From Acidobacteriota bacterium (GTDB lineage: Bacteria > Acidobacteriota > UBA6911), in NCBI GenBank assembly GCA_013388445.1, contig JACADW010000080.1, positions 1-56,422 of the forward strand: a stretch of DNA of 56,422 bases, read 5' to 3'. How positions within the stretch are numbered: the stretch's first letter is position 1; the number at the start of each line of letters is the position of its first letter. Below are positions 9,460 to 18,548 of the stretch, in pieces. Both the position numbers and the translations under genes were made by a program. The notes beneath the pieces are model-generated. The model saw only the letters and a list, made by a program, of their open reading frames with translations. It was not told the DNA's origin and made no database searches.

Positions 9460-10917
9460 CTATATAGGCGGTCCACTGCCGGTTTCGCGAGCCGCCAAGC
9501 GGTTCAATTCCTCGAGCAGAGACGCGGGCAAGGTGACGACCTCGTGGCTTTCCAGGATCTCACGCACCCGCCGGTTGATCCGATCAAACAGGGTGGTCCG
9601 GCCCTTCTCTTCCCATTGCTGGTAGCTGCTCCTGTCGATGAGGCGGGGAATCCACGTCTCTTTCCGGTAATGCCGGACCGTGTGATCATGAGTCAGGAAG
9701 TGCCCTTCCGGACCCACTTCATGAATCACGTCAAGAGCCAGGGTTTCCTCGCTCAGTTCGAAACCTTGGATCATGCGCTTGGCGACGCCGATGAATTCGT
9801 CACACATGACGATCGAGTCCAGAGATGCGGTCAAGCCCGATTCCAGGTATCCGACATCATGGATGAGATTTTCTCCGGAGAGGGCCTGCATGAAGATCTC
9901 GCAGCCTGCCTCAAAGGCTGCCTGCTGATCCAGGACCTTCGAATCCGTGCAGCCTGCCCTTCCCCAGGTCGGAATGCGGTAATAGGCGGCCATGTCCCTG
10001 GCAGCCGCCTGCAGAATCACATGCTCGGGCGAGGTATAGGTATGAATCGCGGTCCTCGGGTCCATCGAGCTGCCATGAAAAGTGACAATCATGGGGGCGC
10101 CTCTGCGCCGTAGCTGGCCGATCAACAGACCGCTTAACATGCGCGCGACGGATAGAGCCAGGGCGCCCGCCAGCGTGGCCGGGCCGTTTTGCGAAGTGGT
10201 GGTCGCGGAGGTGTAGATCACCGGAATACCTCTGTCGATACAGAAGAGAAGCTTCTCCAGCGATCCCCTGGGGTGGATCAAGGGCGATATGGGCTCCGTG
10301 TAATGGACGATGAAATTCCGCTCCCTCAGAGCCTCCTCGGATCCGGCGATCATGACCGCCATGCGATAGATATCCTCCATGTTCGCCAGGGATGAGGCGG
10401 TATATACGATCGGCTTCGAGGAATTTGCCGCCATGGCGACAAAGTGATACTTGTCTGCGATGGCCTGCGGCAGTTCATGAGCGACGCCCATGCACATCAG
10501 GAAGTCCAGGTTTTCGCAGGCGTCGACGACACGTGCGGCATTCTCGATGTCCTGGAGCGTCGTCTGTCGCCGGCAACCGCTGAAGGAATCGATGATGAAC
10601 GGAGTGTCCGAGCCCGTACCCCAATAGGACTTGCGATCTTCCACGAGCAAGCGCTTCCCGCCGGACCTGCCGTACAGGGCGATCCTGCAGGGAATGCTCT
10701 CGAGCGCCTGCTCCACTAGGAAGGAGGGGATACGAACCGTGTTCTGGCTCCTCATGGAGCAACCCTCCGACAGGAGGAGTTCAATGACTTCGGGATGATG
10801 CACAACCACACCGGTCCTTTCGAGGATATCCAGGCTTGCCAGATGGATCTCCTGGATCTGCTCATCGGAGAGGAAGCGCATGGATGGCTGGATCTGTACC
10901 CTGTAGCCTCTCAGCAT
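9460..10917 (-). CDS. MttB-superfamily (trimethylamine methyltransferase-like) protein, non-pyrrolysine type
   Basis: ORF track 9460..10938 begins at a TTG. The ATG at 10917 (MLRGYRV...) sits 7 nt downstream of AAGGAGGT, so I use it. Full-length MttB-like sequence (FLSDEQIQEIHLASLDILERTGV, GSDTPFIID, NGPATLAGAL, EGHFL.H.HT) with no in-frame TAG. Confidence 0.9.
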   Translation of the reverse strand: MLRGYRVQIQPSMRFLSDEQIQEIHLASLDILERTGVVVHHPEVIELLLSEGCSMRSQNTVRIPSFLVEQALESIPCRIALYGRSGGKRLLVEDRKSYWGTGSDTPFIIDSFSGCRRQTTLQDIENAARVVDACENLDFLMCMGVAHELPQAIADKYHFVAMAANSSKPIVYTASSLANMEDIYRMAVMIAGSEEALRERNFIVHYTEPISPLIHPRGSLEKLLFCIDRGIPVIYTSATTTSQNGPATLAGALALSVARMLSGLLIGQLRRRGAPMIVTFHGSSMDPRTAIHTYTSPEHVILQAAARDMAAYYRIPTWGRAGCTDSKVLDQQAAFEAGCEIFMQALSGENLIHDVGYLESGLTASLDSIVMCDEFIGVAKRMIQGFELSEETLALDVIHEVGPEGHFLTHDHTVRHYRKETWIPRLIDRSSYQQWEEKGRTTLFDRINRRVREILESHEVVTLPASLLEELNRLAARETGSGPPI

Positions 10918-10998
10918 TCCCGATACCTCCTTAGACAAGAATCTGCTTGACCTTCACAAGAAATCAGCATATTAATTCAATGGGAAAGAGGTCTAACC

Positions 10999-11032
10999 AT
11001 TTTACCATATGCGGACAAGGCAAGGTTGTCAA
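10999..11032 (-). promoter_or_regulatory. candidate sigma70-type promoter for the MttB-family gene (extended -10)
   Basis: The minus strand reads TTGACA-N22-TAAAAT, with TG two nt upstream of the -10 (TGGTAAAAT, an extended -10). It lies about 80 nt upstream of ATG 10917 in an AT-rich stretch. The spacing to TTGACA is non-canonical, so only the extended -10 is supportive. Confidence 0.3.
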
Positions 11033-11596
11033 CAGCAAATTCAGGTATTGATGCGTGGAGTTTGTATCCAAATCCATGAAGATAAAGGGTTTATTATGTA
11101 ATTGGGCGCTGCAGCCGTCAGACGGCCCCGGCTGCCGACACATAAGACTTGAGTCCGTACCCCGGAGCCCGAGCATGCCGAAGCCGATTCCAGTCTGACC
11201 GAAGCACGGTATGACATTGATTTTTAACGCCTTGAAGTCAAGCCAGCTCTTGGCTTTTGACCGGTCGAAGCTCTGTCATGCCAATGATCAATGTCAGGCC
11301 TTCACGCGAAAGGCAATCGGCCTCCTATGGGGACCTTTCTTCCCAATTGCGAGCTGACGCTCTAAGGCATGATATTTCAGAGCATACCGTAATCCTGGCC
11401 TTGAGGTGACTGCAGGGGCGGTTGTAATACCGGCTGTTTTCCGGGGTCGCCCTTGAGCATAGAAGGCTTGTCTGAGCCTTGTGGTGCAGCATGTGGAACC
11501 GGGTGCAAGACCCTAACTGAACGTCTCGGAAATTGCACAACTGCTTGAAAAGGAACGATTTTCCTTGCGCTTCTTCTCTTCGCCTGAAGGGGCCGA

Positions 11597-11651
11597 GGGA
11601 CCAAGGGGCAAAGGGCCCGTAGCCGGTTTTTTCCCTTTACCCCTTTGTCCC
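11597..11651. repeat. imperfect 19-bp inverted repeat (large hairpin) in a long non-coding spacer
   Basis: GGGACCAAGGGGCAAAGGG (11597..11615) and CCCTTTACCCCTTTGTCCC (11633..11651) are 17/19 complementary. They are separated by 17 nt (CCCGTAGCCGGTTTTTT) containing a T6 run. Confidence 0.45.
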
Positions 11652-11825
11652 TTTACCTCTCAGCCCCGTTGGTTAGCGAGCGAAGCGAGCTGAGTTCAAC
11701 CAGTCGAAGATCCAAGGCCGGGCGCGCATTCCCCCTGGGACTGCGCCCCGGAATTGAGGGAGCGAGAATCTGTGGAACGACCTGCATCGTCTCTCTTGCC
11801 CATTGAGCCGATAAAAAGGACTTCC

Positions 11826-12542
11826 ATGACCGAGGAGATCATTCGCCAAATCAAGTTGTTGATCGACTCCGGCCACCTGCCGCCGGGCTGCAAGCTTCCC
11901 GGAGAAAGAGAGTTCGCGCGGCTGCTGGGCGTCAGCCGTCCCTCCCTGAGAGAAGCGCTTCGGGCCCTCAGTCTGCTCGGCATAGTGGAACACCGCCATG
12001 GCAGCGGGACCTACCTCAATCCTCCGGGCAACCGTTGGCCTTCCGAACCTGTCGCCATGCTCTTGAGCGTCCACAAGGGAGCAATGATTGATATCTTCGA
12101 AGCGCGCAAGGGACTGGAAACTATGGTCGCTGGCTTGGCCGCTCGCAGACGCTCCGACGAGGATCTCGATGCCATGCGGGCGGCGCTCGACGGCATGCGC
12201 CGCAACCTGGGAGACTTCGAGAGTTACGCTCGTCACGAGAGGGATTTCCACCAGGCGGTGATAGAAGCCGCCGGCAACCAGGTTATCATCGAGATCATGG
12301 TGAAACTCTACCAGCTTCTCCAGGAGGTGCGTGCGAGGGTCTACCGTGGCTATCCTCGCGATGCGACGATCCTTGAAATGGACTTCAGGAATCATGAATG
12401 CATATACCGGAGCATAGAAGCCGGAGATGAGCACGCGGCCGCGGAAGCCATGACCTCCCACTTGCAGGAGTTCGAGCGGCTCCTCTTGGCGAGCGAGGAT
12501 GCGCCGGTCCTCCACGGCAAGGCTGGAGGGCCCAAGGGATGA
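11826..12542 (+). CDS. GntR-family (FadR/FCD subfamily) transcriptional regulator
   Basis: ORF track starts at 11754. I prefer ATG 11826 (MTEEIIRQIK...), which is preceded by AAAAAGGA. Winged-HTH region LPGEREFARLLGVSRPSLREALRALSLLGIVEHRHGSGTYL, then an all-helical FCD-type C-terminal domain. Confidence 0.9.
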   Translation: MTEEIIRQIKLLIDSGHLPPGCKLPGEREFARLLGVSRPSLREALRALSLLGIVEHRHGSGTYLNPPGNRWPSEPVAMLLSVHKGAMIDIFEARKGLETMVAGLAARRRSDEDLDAMRAALDGMRRNLGDFESYARHERDFHQAVIEAAGNQVIIEIMVKLYQLLQEVRARVYRGYPRDATILEMDFRNHECIYRSIEAGDEHAAAEAMTSHLQEFERLLLASEDAPVLHGKAGGPKG

Positions 12543-14593
12543 AGTACAGGTTGGGCATCGATGTGGGCGGCACCTTCACGGATATCTTCCTGATGAGCGA
12601 AGATGCATCCAGGCTGGCCGTGCACAAAGTCGCATCCACTCCTGCGGATCCTTCGTGTGCCATCGCTGAGGGAATCGAGGCAATCCTGAGGGCGGAAGGA
12701 ATCGCGCCCACGGACGTTTCCTATCTGGCCCACGGAACCACAGTGGCCACGAACGCCATCATCGAACAGAGAGGCGGAAAGGTCGGGCTCCTTACCACAG
12801 CCGGCTTTCGCGACCTGCTCGAGATTGGGCGGCAGACCAGGCCCAGGCTCTACGACTTGCAGCTGGACTATCCTGCTCCGCTGGTTCCGCGCGACCTCAG
12901 GATCGAGGTGGAGGAACGCCTCTATCATGACGGGAGCGTAGCTCGGCCGCTCTGTGTGGATGGGGTTCGCGCGGCGGCCCGGAAACTCAGGAAAGAGAAT
13001 GTGGATGCCGTGGCCATCTGTTTCCTGTATTCGTTTGTCAATCCCGCCCATGAAGCGGCAGCGAAGGAAATAGTCCTGGAGGAGATGCCGGGATGCAATG
13101 TTTCGGTTTCCCATGAGGTCCTGCCAGAGTTCCGGGAATACGAACGTCTCTCGACCACGGTGCTCAATGCTTTCCTCATGTCCGTCATGAACCGGTACCT
13201 CGAGCACTTCGGCCGCGACGTGGTCCGGCTCGGGATCAAGGCCTCCCCCAAGGTCAACCAGTGCAACGGGGGCATCATGTCCGTGGATGCGGCGCGACGC
13301 CTCCCGATCAGGACTGTGCTCTCGGGGCCGAGCGCCGGCGTGGTCGGCGCCCTCTTTGTCGCCGGTGCAGCCGGTTGCCGTGACGTCATTACCTTCGACA
13401 TGGGAGGCACGAGTACCGATGTCTGCCTGATTCGCAACGGGACCGCCGCGGTCAGCAACGAGCGCTGGGTGGGAGGATACCCGGCCCGGCTGCCCTCCGT
13501 CGACGTGAATGCAGTGGGCGCCGGCGGGGGGAGTGTGGCTTGGATCGATCTTGACGGTCTGCTCAAGGTGGGTCCCAGAAGTGCCGGTGCCGTGCCCGGC
13601 CCTGCCTGCTATGGTCTCGGGGGACAATTGGCAACCGTTACCGATGCCAATGTGGCTCTGGGTCGAATGAATCCGGAGTTCCTCCTGGGCGGAAGGATGC
13701 GCATCAGTCAATCGGCGTCCGAGCGAGTCCTTGCCTCCTTGGGAAAGCGTATGGGGCTGGGCCCGATCGAGACGGCGCTCGGAGTCCTTCGGATCGTGGT
13801 CGCCCGCATGGTGAAGGCCATACGCGCGGTGAGCATCGAGCGGGGACATGATCCGAAGGAATGCACTCTTGTTGCCTTCGGTGGAGCCGGACCTCTGCAC
13901 GCCGTGAGCGTGGCGCGCGAACTGGAGATCGCACAGGTCATCGTGCCTCCCCACCCCGGGATCCTCTGTGCCATGGGCCTGCTGGTGGCCGATGCGCGTA
14001 ACGATTATGTGAAGACGCGCCTCACGATGCTGAACGGTGCCGGTTCGGCCGACCTGGAAGGCGAGTTCCAGGAGCTTGAGGAGAGCGCGCGCCGGTGGCT
14101 GGCGGCGGAAGGGTTCGCACCGCACCTGCAGCGCCTCTCGCGTATGCTGGACATGCGCTACGCGCGCCAGAACTTTGAACTGTCGGTGCCGGTGCCTGCC
14201 GGTTCCCTGACGTCCGATACCGTGGAATGGATCGCTCGCAGGTTTCACGAAGAGCACGAACGCAACTACGGTCACTTCAACGAGCGCGAGCCGATACAGG
14301 TAGTCAATTTCCGTGTGAAGGCAGAGGGACTGACGCAAAAGCCCCATCCCGAAACCACATTCGAAACAGGCGGCGGCCTGACACGTTCCGCCGCCGCATC
14401 GCGTAAGGTGTGGTTCGAGGCGGCTGATCCCTTGCACACGCCCGTTCTGAACCGCCGCGAGCTCCGTTGCGGTGAGCGGTTCGCCGGTCCCGCCATCATT
14501 GAACAGATGGACTCCACAACCCTTATCCCGCCAGGCGATACGGCGGAGGTCGACAAGTTCGGAAATGTCCTCATCGGACTCGGGCGGAGATGA
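12539..14593 (+). CDS. hydantoinase/oxoprolinase family protein, A (HyuA-like) subunit
   Basis: 684 aa. Motifs: YRLGIDVGGTFTDIFL, HGTTVATNAIIE, GFRDLLEIGRQ, FDMGGTSTDV, VAFGGAGPLHA. ATGA overlap with the GntR gene. Confidence 0.95.
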   Translation: MKYRLGIDVGGTFTDIFLMSEDASRLAVHKVASTPADPSCAIAEGIEAILRAEGIAPTDVSYLAHGTTVATNAIIEQRGGKVGLLTTAGFRDLLEIGRQTRPRLYDLQLDYPAPLVPRDLRIEVEERLYHDGSVARPLCVDGVRAAARKLRKENVDAVAICFLYSFVNPAHEAAAKEIVLEEMPGCNVSVSHEVLPEFREYERLSTTVLNAFLMSVMNRYLEHFGRDVVRLGIKASPKVNQCNGGIMSVDAARRLPIRTVLSGPSAGVVGALFVAGAAGCRDVITFDMGGTSTDVCLIRNGTAAVSNERWVGGYPARLPSVDVNAVGAGGGSVAWIDLDGLLKVGPRSAGAVPGPACYGLGGQLATVTDANVALGRMNPEFLLGGRMRISQSASERVLASLGKRMGLGPIETALGVLRIVVARMVKAIRAVSIERGHDPKECTLVAFGGAGPLHAVSVARELEIAQVIVPPHPGILCAMGLLVADARNDYVKTRLTMLNGAGSADLEGEFQELEESARRWLAAEGFAPHLQRLSRMLDMRYARQNFELSVPVPAGSLTSDTVEWIARRFHEEHERNYGHFNEREPIQVVNFRVKAEGLTQKPHPETTFETGGGLTRSAAASRKVWFEAADPLHTPVLNRRELRCGERFAGPAIIEQMDSTTLIPPGDTAEVDKFGNVLIGLGRR

Positions 14594-14596
14594 GCG

Positions 14597-16276
14597 ATGG
14601 CAAGGAAGTGCGATCCCGTGACGACGGAAGTGATCCGGAATCAGGTCCAGTCCATCGTCGAAGAGATGGCCATTGCCTTGATGAAGAGTGCGTATTCCAC
14701 AAACATCAAGGAGCGGAGGGATCTTTCGGCGGCCGTGTTCGATGCACGCGGCCGGACCGTCGTCCAGGGTGAGCATCTCCCGCTCCACCTGGGATCCATG
14801 CTCGGTTTGGTGGAGCACATCAGGAACCGGTACCCCGAGGATCGCATCTGCCCCGGCGACATTTTCATCTCCAACGATCCCTATCGGGGGGGTGGGTCCC
14901 ACTTGCCGGACGTGGCAATGGCGGCTCCGGTATTCCGGGAGGGCCGCCTTGTGCTTTTCGTCGGAAACATCGCCCACCACGCCGACATCGGCGGCGCCTC
15001 GCCCGGCTCCATGGCCGGAAACATGACCGAGGTCTACCAGGAAGGACTGCGGCTTCCTCCTATCAAGATATTCGAGAGGGGGTCCCTGATTGAGGATGTC
15101 TTCGAACTCATCCTGCTCAATGTCCGAGTGCCGGAGGAAAGGAGGGGGGACTATGCGGCCCAGTTTGCTTCGCTCCGCCTGGGTGTGCGCAGGACCCTCG
15201 AGCTGTACGAAAAGTGGGGCGAGCAGACGATCGCCGCCGCCCTCGATGAGATCCTGGATGCTACGGAGCGTCATGTCCGCCGCAGCATAGCCCGACTTCC
15301 GGACGGTGAGTACCTTTTCGAGGACTTCATGGATGACGATGGCTTCGGCAATCAGGACATCCCTATCCGTGTGAAGATCGCCGTTCAGGGAGAGGAGATC
15401 GTGTTCGACTTCACCGGCTCGGCGCCGCAGGTCAAAGGGAACATCAACATCTCCTGGAGCGGGCTGCAAGCCACGGTGGCCTATGCCTTGAAATGCCTCG
15501 TGGGCCCGGACATCCCCTCCAACGAGGGCTTTTATCGGCCGGTCCGCATCGTCGCCCCGCACGGGACGATCGTGAATTGTGCGGCGCCCGGCGCGACTGC
15601 CGGCAGAGCTCAGACCTGCCAGCGGGTCGTGGATGTCATCATCGGCGCGCTGGCCCCCGCCTTGCCGGAGCGTGCGATCGGGGCCTCCAACGGTTCCAAT
15701 ACCTCTGCGACCTTCTACGGGCGAAACCCTGCGAACGGGGAATACTACGTGTACATCGAGACTTACGGCGGAGGCTCCGGCGGCCGCGCCTTCAAGGATG
15801 GCAAGGACGGTGTGCAGGTGCACATCACCAACACTTCCAATCTGCCCATCGAGGGGCTGGAGACGGAGTACCCGCTTTTTGTCGAGGACTACAGCCTGGT
15901 GCCGGATTCCTGCGGAAGCGGCAAGTACCGGGGCGGCCTCGGCTTGAGGCGGGATGTGAGGATCCTAGGCCATACCTGCGATTTTTCGTCCCAGGGCGAT
16001 CGTTTTCGAAGAAGGCCCTGGGGTATTTTTGGAGGCGGGCCGGGCCGGACCGGCCGGATGATCCTGCGCCAGGGGCAGCCGGACCAGGTCGAGCTGCCTT
16101 CGAAAACCTCCGGAGTGGAAATCCGGCCGGGCGAGGTGATCAGGATTCAGACGCCGGGCGCCGGAGGATACGGGCCTGCCCGCGAGAGAGACCCGGAACT
16201 CGTCCGAAAGGATCTGCGGGAAGGGAAGATCTCCCCGGAACGAGCTCGTGCCGATTACGGCGTATCCGTGGATTAG
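14597..16276 (+). CDS. hydantoinase B/oxoprolinase family protein (HyuB-like subunit)
   Basis: 559 aa. Motifs: DPVTTEVIRNQVQSIVEEM, SAYSTNIKERRDLSAAVFDARG, NDPYRGGGSHLPD, GGGSGGRAFKDG, PGAGGYGPA. GGAG lies 7 nt upstream and the start is 3 nt after the hyuA-like stop. Confidence 0.95.
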   Translation: MARKCDPVTTEVIRNQVQSIVEEMAIALMKSAYSTNIKERRDLSAAVFDARGRTVVQGEHLPLHLGSMLGLVEHIRNRYPEDRICPGDIFISNDPYRGGGSHLPDVAMAAPVFREGRLVLFVGNIAHHADIGGASPGSMAGNMTEVYQEGLRLPPIKIFERGSLIEDVFELILLNVRVPEERRGDYAAQFASLRLGVRRTLELYEKWGEQTIAAALDEILDATERHVRRSIARLPDGEYLFEDFMDDDGFGNQDIPIRVKIAVQGEEIVFDFTGSAPQVKGNINISWSGLQATVAYALKCLVGPDIPSNEGFYRPVRIVAPHGTIVNCAAPGATAGRAQTCQRVVDVIIGALAPALPERAIGASNGSNTSATFYGRNPANGEYYVYIETYGGGSGGRAFKDGKDGVQVHITNTSNLPIEGLETEYPLFVEDYSLVPDSCGSGKYRGGLGLRRDVRILGHTCDFSSQGDRFRRRPWGIFGGGPGRTGRMILRQGQPDQVELPSKTSGVEIRPGEVIRIQTPGAGGYGPARERDPELVRKDLREGKISPERARADYGVSVD

Positions 16277-16481
16277 CTATCCCGCGCGGCGAGGACGATC
16301 GATCCGGCGAGTGTCAAGCCCTGTGCAGGCGGCACGAGAGCGAAGGATGACTTGGTCCCTGTGAGTGGACGGCACGCACCGAATGCGACAATATTGCCCG
16401 ACGGCGGAATCCATCGGGGCCCCGGCTCGTCGGGGTGGGGAAGGAAGGGCGATGGGCGGAGGAGCGGTCCGCAAGGAACGG

Positions 16482-17579
16482 ATGAATTCAAAGGAACGGG
16501 TACTCACCGCAGTCCGTCATCAGGAACCTGACCGTGTTCCTGTGGACTTCTGGTGGAGCCACGAGATCCTGCACCGGTTGTTGAATCACCTCGGACTGGA
16601 CAACCAGGAGCAGCTTCAGACGTACTTGGGATCAGACATTCGCTGTGTGTATCCGCGGTATGTAGGCCCCAGGCTCAGGCGTTTCGAGGACGGTTCCTAC
16701 GAAGATTTCTGGGGTGTGATCCGGCAACCGCGAACTTTCAGTGGGGAGGGATTCGAGGGCGAATACAGCGAGCCGGTCTATTATCCGCTCCAGCACGCAC
16801 GCTCGCCTCGGGACCTCGAGCGTGTGCGCTGGCCCAGCGCGGACTGGTTTGACTACGATTCGCTCGCCGCGCATTGCGACCGATATCCGGAGCATGCCGT
16901 GATGCTCGGCCGCATGGGAGTGGAAAGCCAGACGATCTTTATCCAGCTCTGGTTTTTCCGGGGCCTCGAGCAGGCTCTCATCGATCTTGAGGAAAACCCG
17001 GAACTCGTGCAGGCCATGATCGACCGGATCATGGAATTCCGCACGGAGCACATACGCAGGATGCTGAAGGCTGCCAGAGGCCGCGCCGACATCCTTCAGA
17101 TTGCGGACGACTACGGCTCGCAGAACGGCCTCATGATGAATCCTGCGACCTGGCGCAGGTTTTTTGCGCCTCCGCTGAAGACGATCGCCGACCTGGCTCA
17201 CGAATCGGGCATGAAGGTCTTCCTTCACTGCGACGGCAGTTCCCGGGCCATCCTTCCCGAGCTGATCCAGCTGGGGATCGATATCCTGAATCCTGTCCAA
17301 CCTCAGTGCGCCGGAATGGATCCGCGCGAACTGAAGGAAGCATTCGGTTCACAGCTCTGCTTCCACGGCGCGATCGACACGCAGTCCACGCTCCCCTTCG
17401 GGAAGAAGGAAGACGTCATCGCGGAGGTACGAGAGCGGATCGAAGTCCTGGGGAAGGGCGGAGGGTACATCCTGGCGCCCGTACACACAGTAGAAGCCGA
17501 TGTTCCGCTGGAGAATATTCTTGCCGTATATGATGCGGCCCGCATGTTCGGCCGCTACGACTCCCGATCATCGCATTAG
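16482..17579 (+). CDS. uroporphyrinogen decarboxylase (URO-D / MtaA-like) family protein
   Basis: ORF track starts at 16365. ATG 16482 (MNSKERVLTAV...) is preceded by AAGGAA and shares the MNSKERV N-terminus with the paralog at 34054. URO-D-fold features: DRVPVDFW, LQIADDYGSQNG, FLHCDGS, ILNPVQP, GGGYILAPVH. Confidence 0.85.
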   Translation: MNSKERVLTAVRHQEPDRVPVDFWWSHEILHRLLNHLGLDNQEQLQTYLGSDIRCVYPRYVGPRLRRFEDGSYEDFWGVIRQPRTFSGEGFEGEYSEPVYYPLQHARSPRDLERVRWPSADWFDYDSLAAHCDRYPEHAVMLGRMGVESQTIFIQLWFFRGLEQALIDLEENPELVQAMIDRIMEFRTEHIRRMLKAARGRADILQIADDYGSQNGLMMNPATWRRFFAPPLKTIADLAHESGMKVFLHCDGSSRAILPELIQLGIDILNPVQPQCAGMDPRELKEAFGSQLCFHGAIDTQSTLPFGKKEDVIAEVRERIEVLGKGGGYILAPVHTVEADVPLENILAVYDAARMFGRYDSRSSH

Positions 17580-17687
17580 CATCGCCCGGAGTGCGCATCG
17601 CACGCGTGTCTTGCGAAGGAGCGGTGTGGTCCGGCACGCCGGTTCTCAGGAGAAGAAGCACGGGGCCGAACCTGAAAGGAAGATCTC

Positions 17688-18530
17688 ATGAAGATTCTGG
17701 TTTTGAATCCTTTTGCAGGTGACATGAGGGAACTCGAGCGGTGCCGGAGCGTCGCGCGTCCGGACACCGAGATTTATTGCGAGAATATCGCCGCTTTCTA
17801 CCCCTTGAACTATGTCACCTACATGTACTACCGCCACCGCTGCGCCGAAGCAGTCGTTGAACGTGTCATGGCCGCCCAGGAGCAGGGCTTTGACGGGGTG
17901 TTCATCTCCTGCTGCTACGATCCGGGGCTCATGGAGTCGCGCGAAATCGTGGATATCCCGGTCACTGCGGCGTTCGAGGCGGGCGTTCATTACGTGAATG
18001 CAATTGCGCAGAGGTATTCGGTGATTGCGACCGAACCCAAGACGGTTCATTGTTACAGAGAGCTGGCGCAGCTCTATGGAACGTCGGCAAAACTCGCCTC
18101 GGTGCGTCACATCAACCTCTCGGCTCGCGAGTCCTATCCCGAATCGACCCCTCCGGACGAGGTCCGGTCGCGCGTGCTCGAAGCGGCGCGCAAGTGCGTC
18201 GAGGAGGATGGCGCGGAGGCGATCCTGATAGGCTGCACGGTGCAGAGCTGCCCGGTGACCCTGGCCGGAGCGGGAAGTTCCGCCTCCGCCCCGGTAATTG
18301 ACCCGGTGCTGATCGGAGTCAAGGCTACAGAATTCCTCGTGGATCTTCGCCGGGCCGGATTGCCGATCATCAGCAGATACGGGACCTGGCAGAAGCCGCC
18401 CGCCGACGAACTGGCCAGGCTGCGACGTTTCCGGGAGAAGGCCGAACCCGATTTCCGTGAGGCCGGCGTCCCTCATGAAGGACCGCCGCGGAAGCCGGCC
18501 TCCGCTTCCCCCGCAGACATGGATAACTGA
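17688..18530 (+). CDS. Asp/Glu/hydantoin racemase family protein
   Basis: 280 aa. Begins MKILVLNPF... and has two candidate catalytic Cys contexts (FISCCYDPGL and ILIGCTVQS) typical of the family. GAAAGGAAG lies upstream. Confidence 0.85.
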   Translation: MKILVLNPFAGDMRELERCRSVARPDTEIYCENIAAFYPLNYVTYMYYRHRCAEAVVERVMAAQEQGFDGVFISCCYDPGLMESREIVDIPVTAAFEAGVHYVNAIAQRYSVIATEPKTVHCYRELAQLYGTSAKLASVRHINLSARESYPESTPPDEVRSRVLEAARKCVEEDGAEAILIGCTVQSCPVTLAGAGSSASAPVIDPVLIGVKATEFLVDLRRAGLPIISRYGTWQKPPADELARLRRFREKAEPDFREAGVPHEGPPRKPASASPADMDN

Positions 18531-18548
18531 GTTTCTCGGGAGGGCATA

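Noticed and set aside
10918-11200. Cobalamin riboswitch in the 5' leader of the MttB-family gene
   Set aside because: It is plausible biologically, but no B12-box-like sequence (GCCACUG context) or conserved cobalamin-riboswitch core was visible by eye. It needs an Infernal scan to exclude formally.
12392-15823. 1143-aa minus-strand ORF spanning the hydantoinase genes
   Set aside because: It is antisense to two strongly supported HyuA/HyuB-like genes. The translation is Arg/Gly/His/Pro-rich with no recognisable motifs. Long stop-free antisense frames are expected at this GC content.
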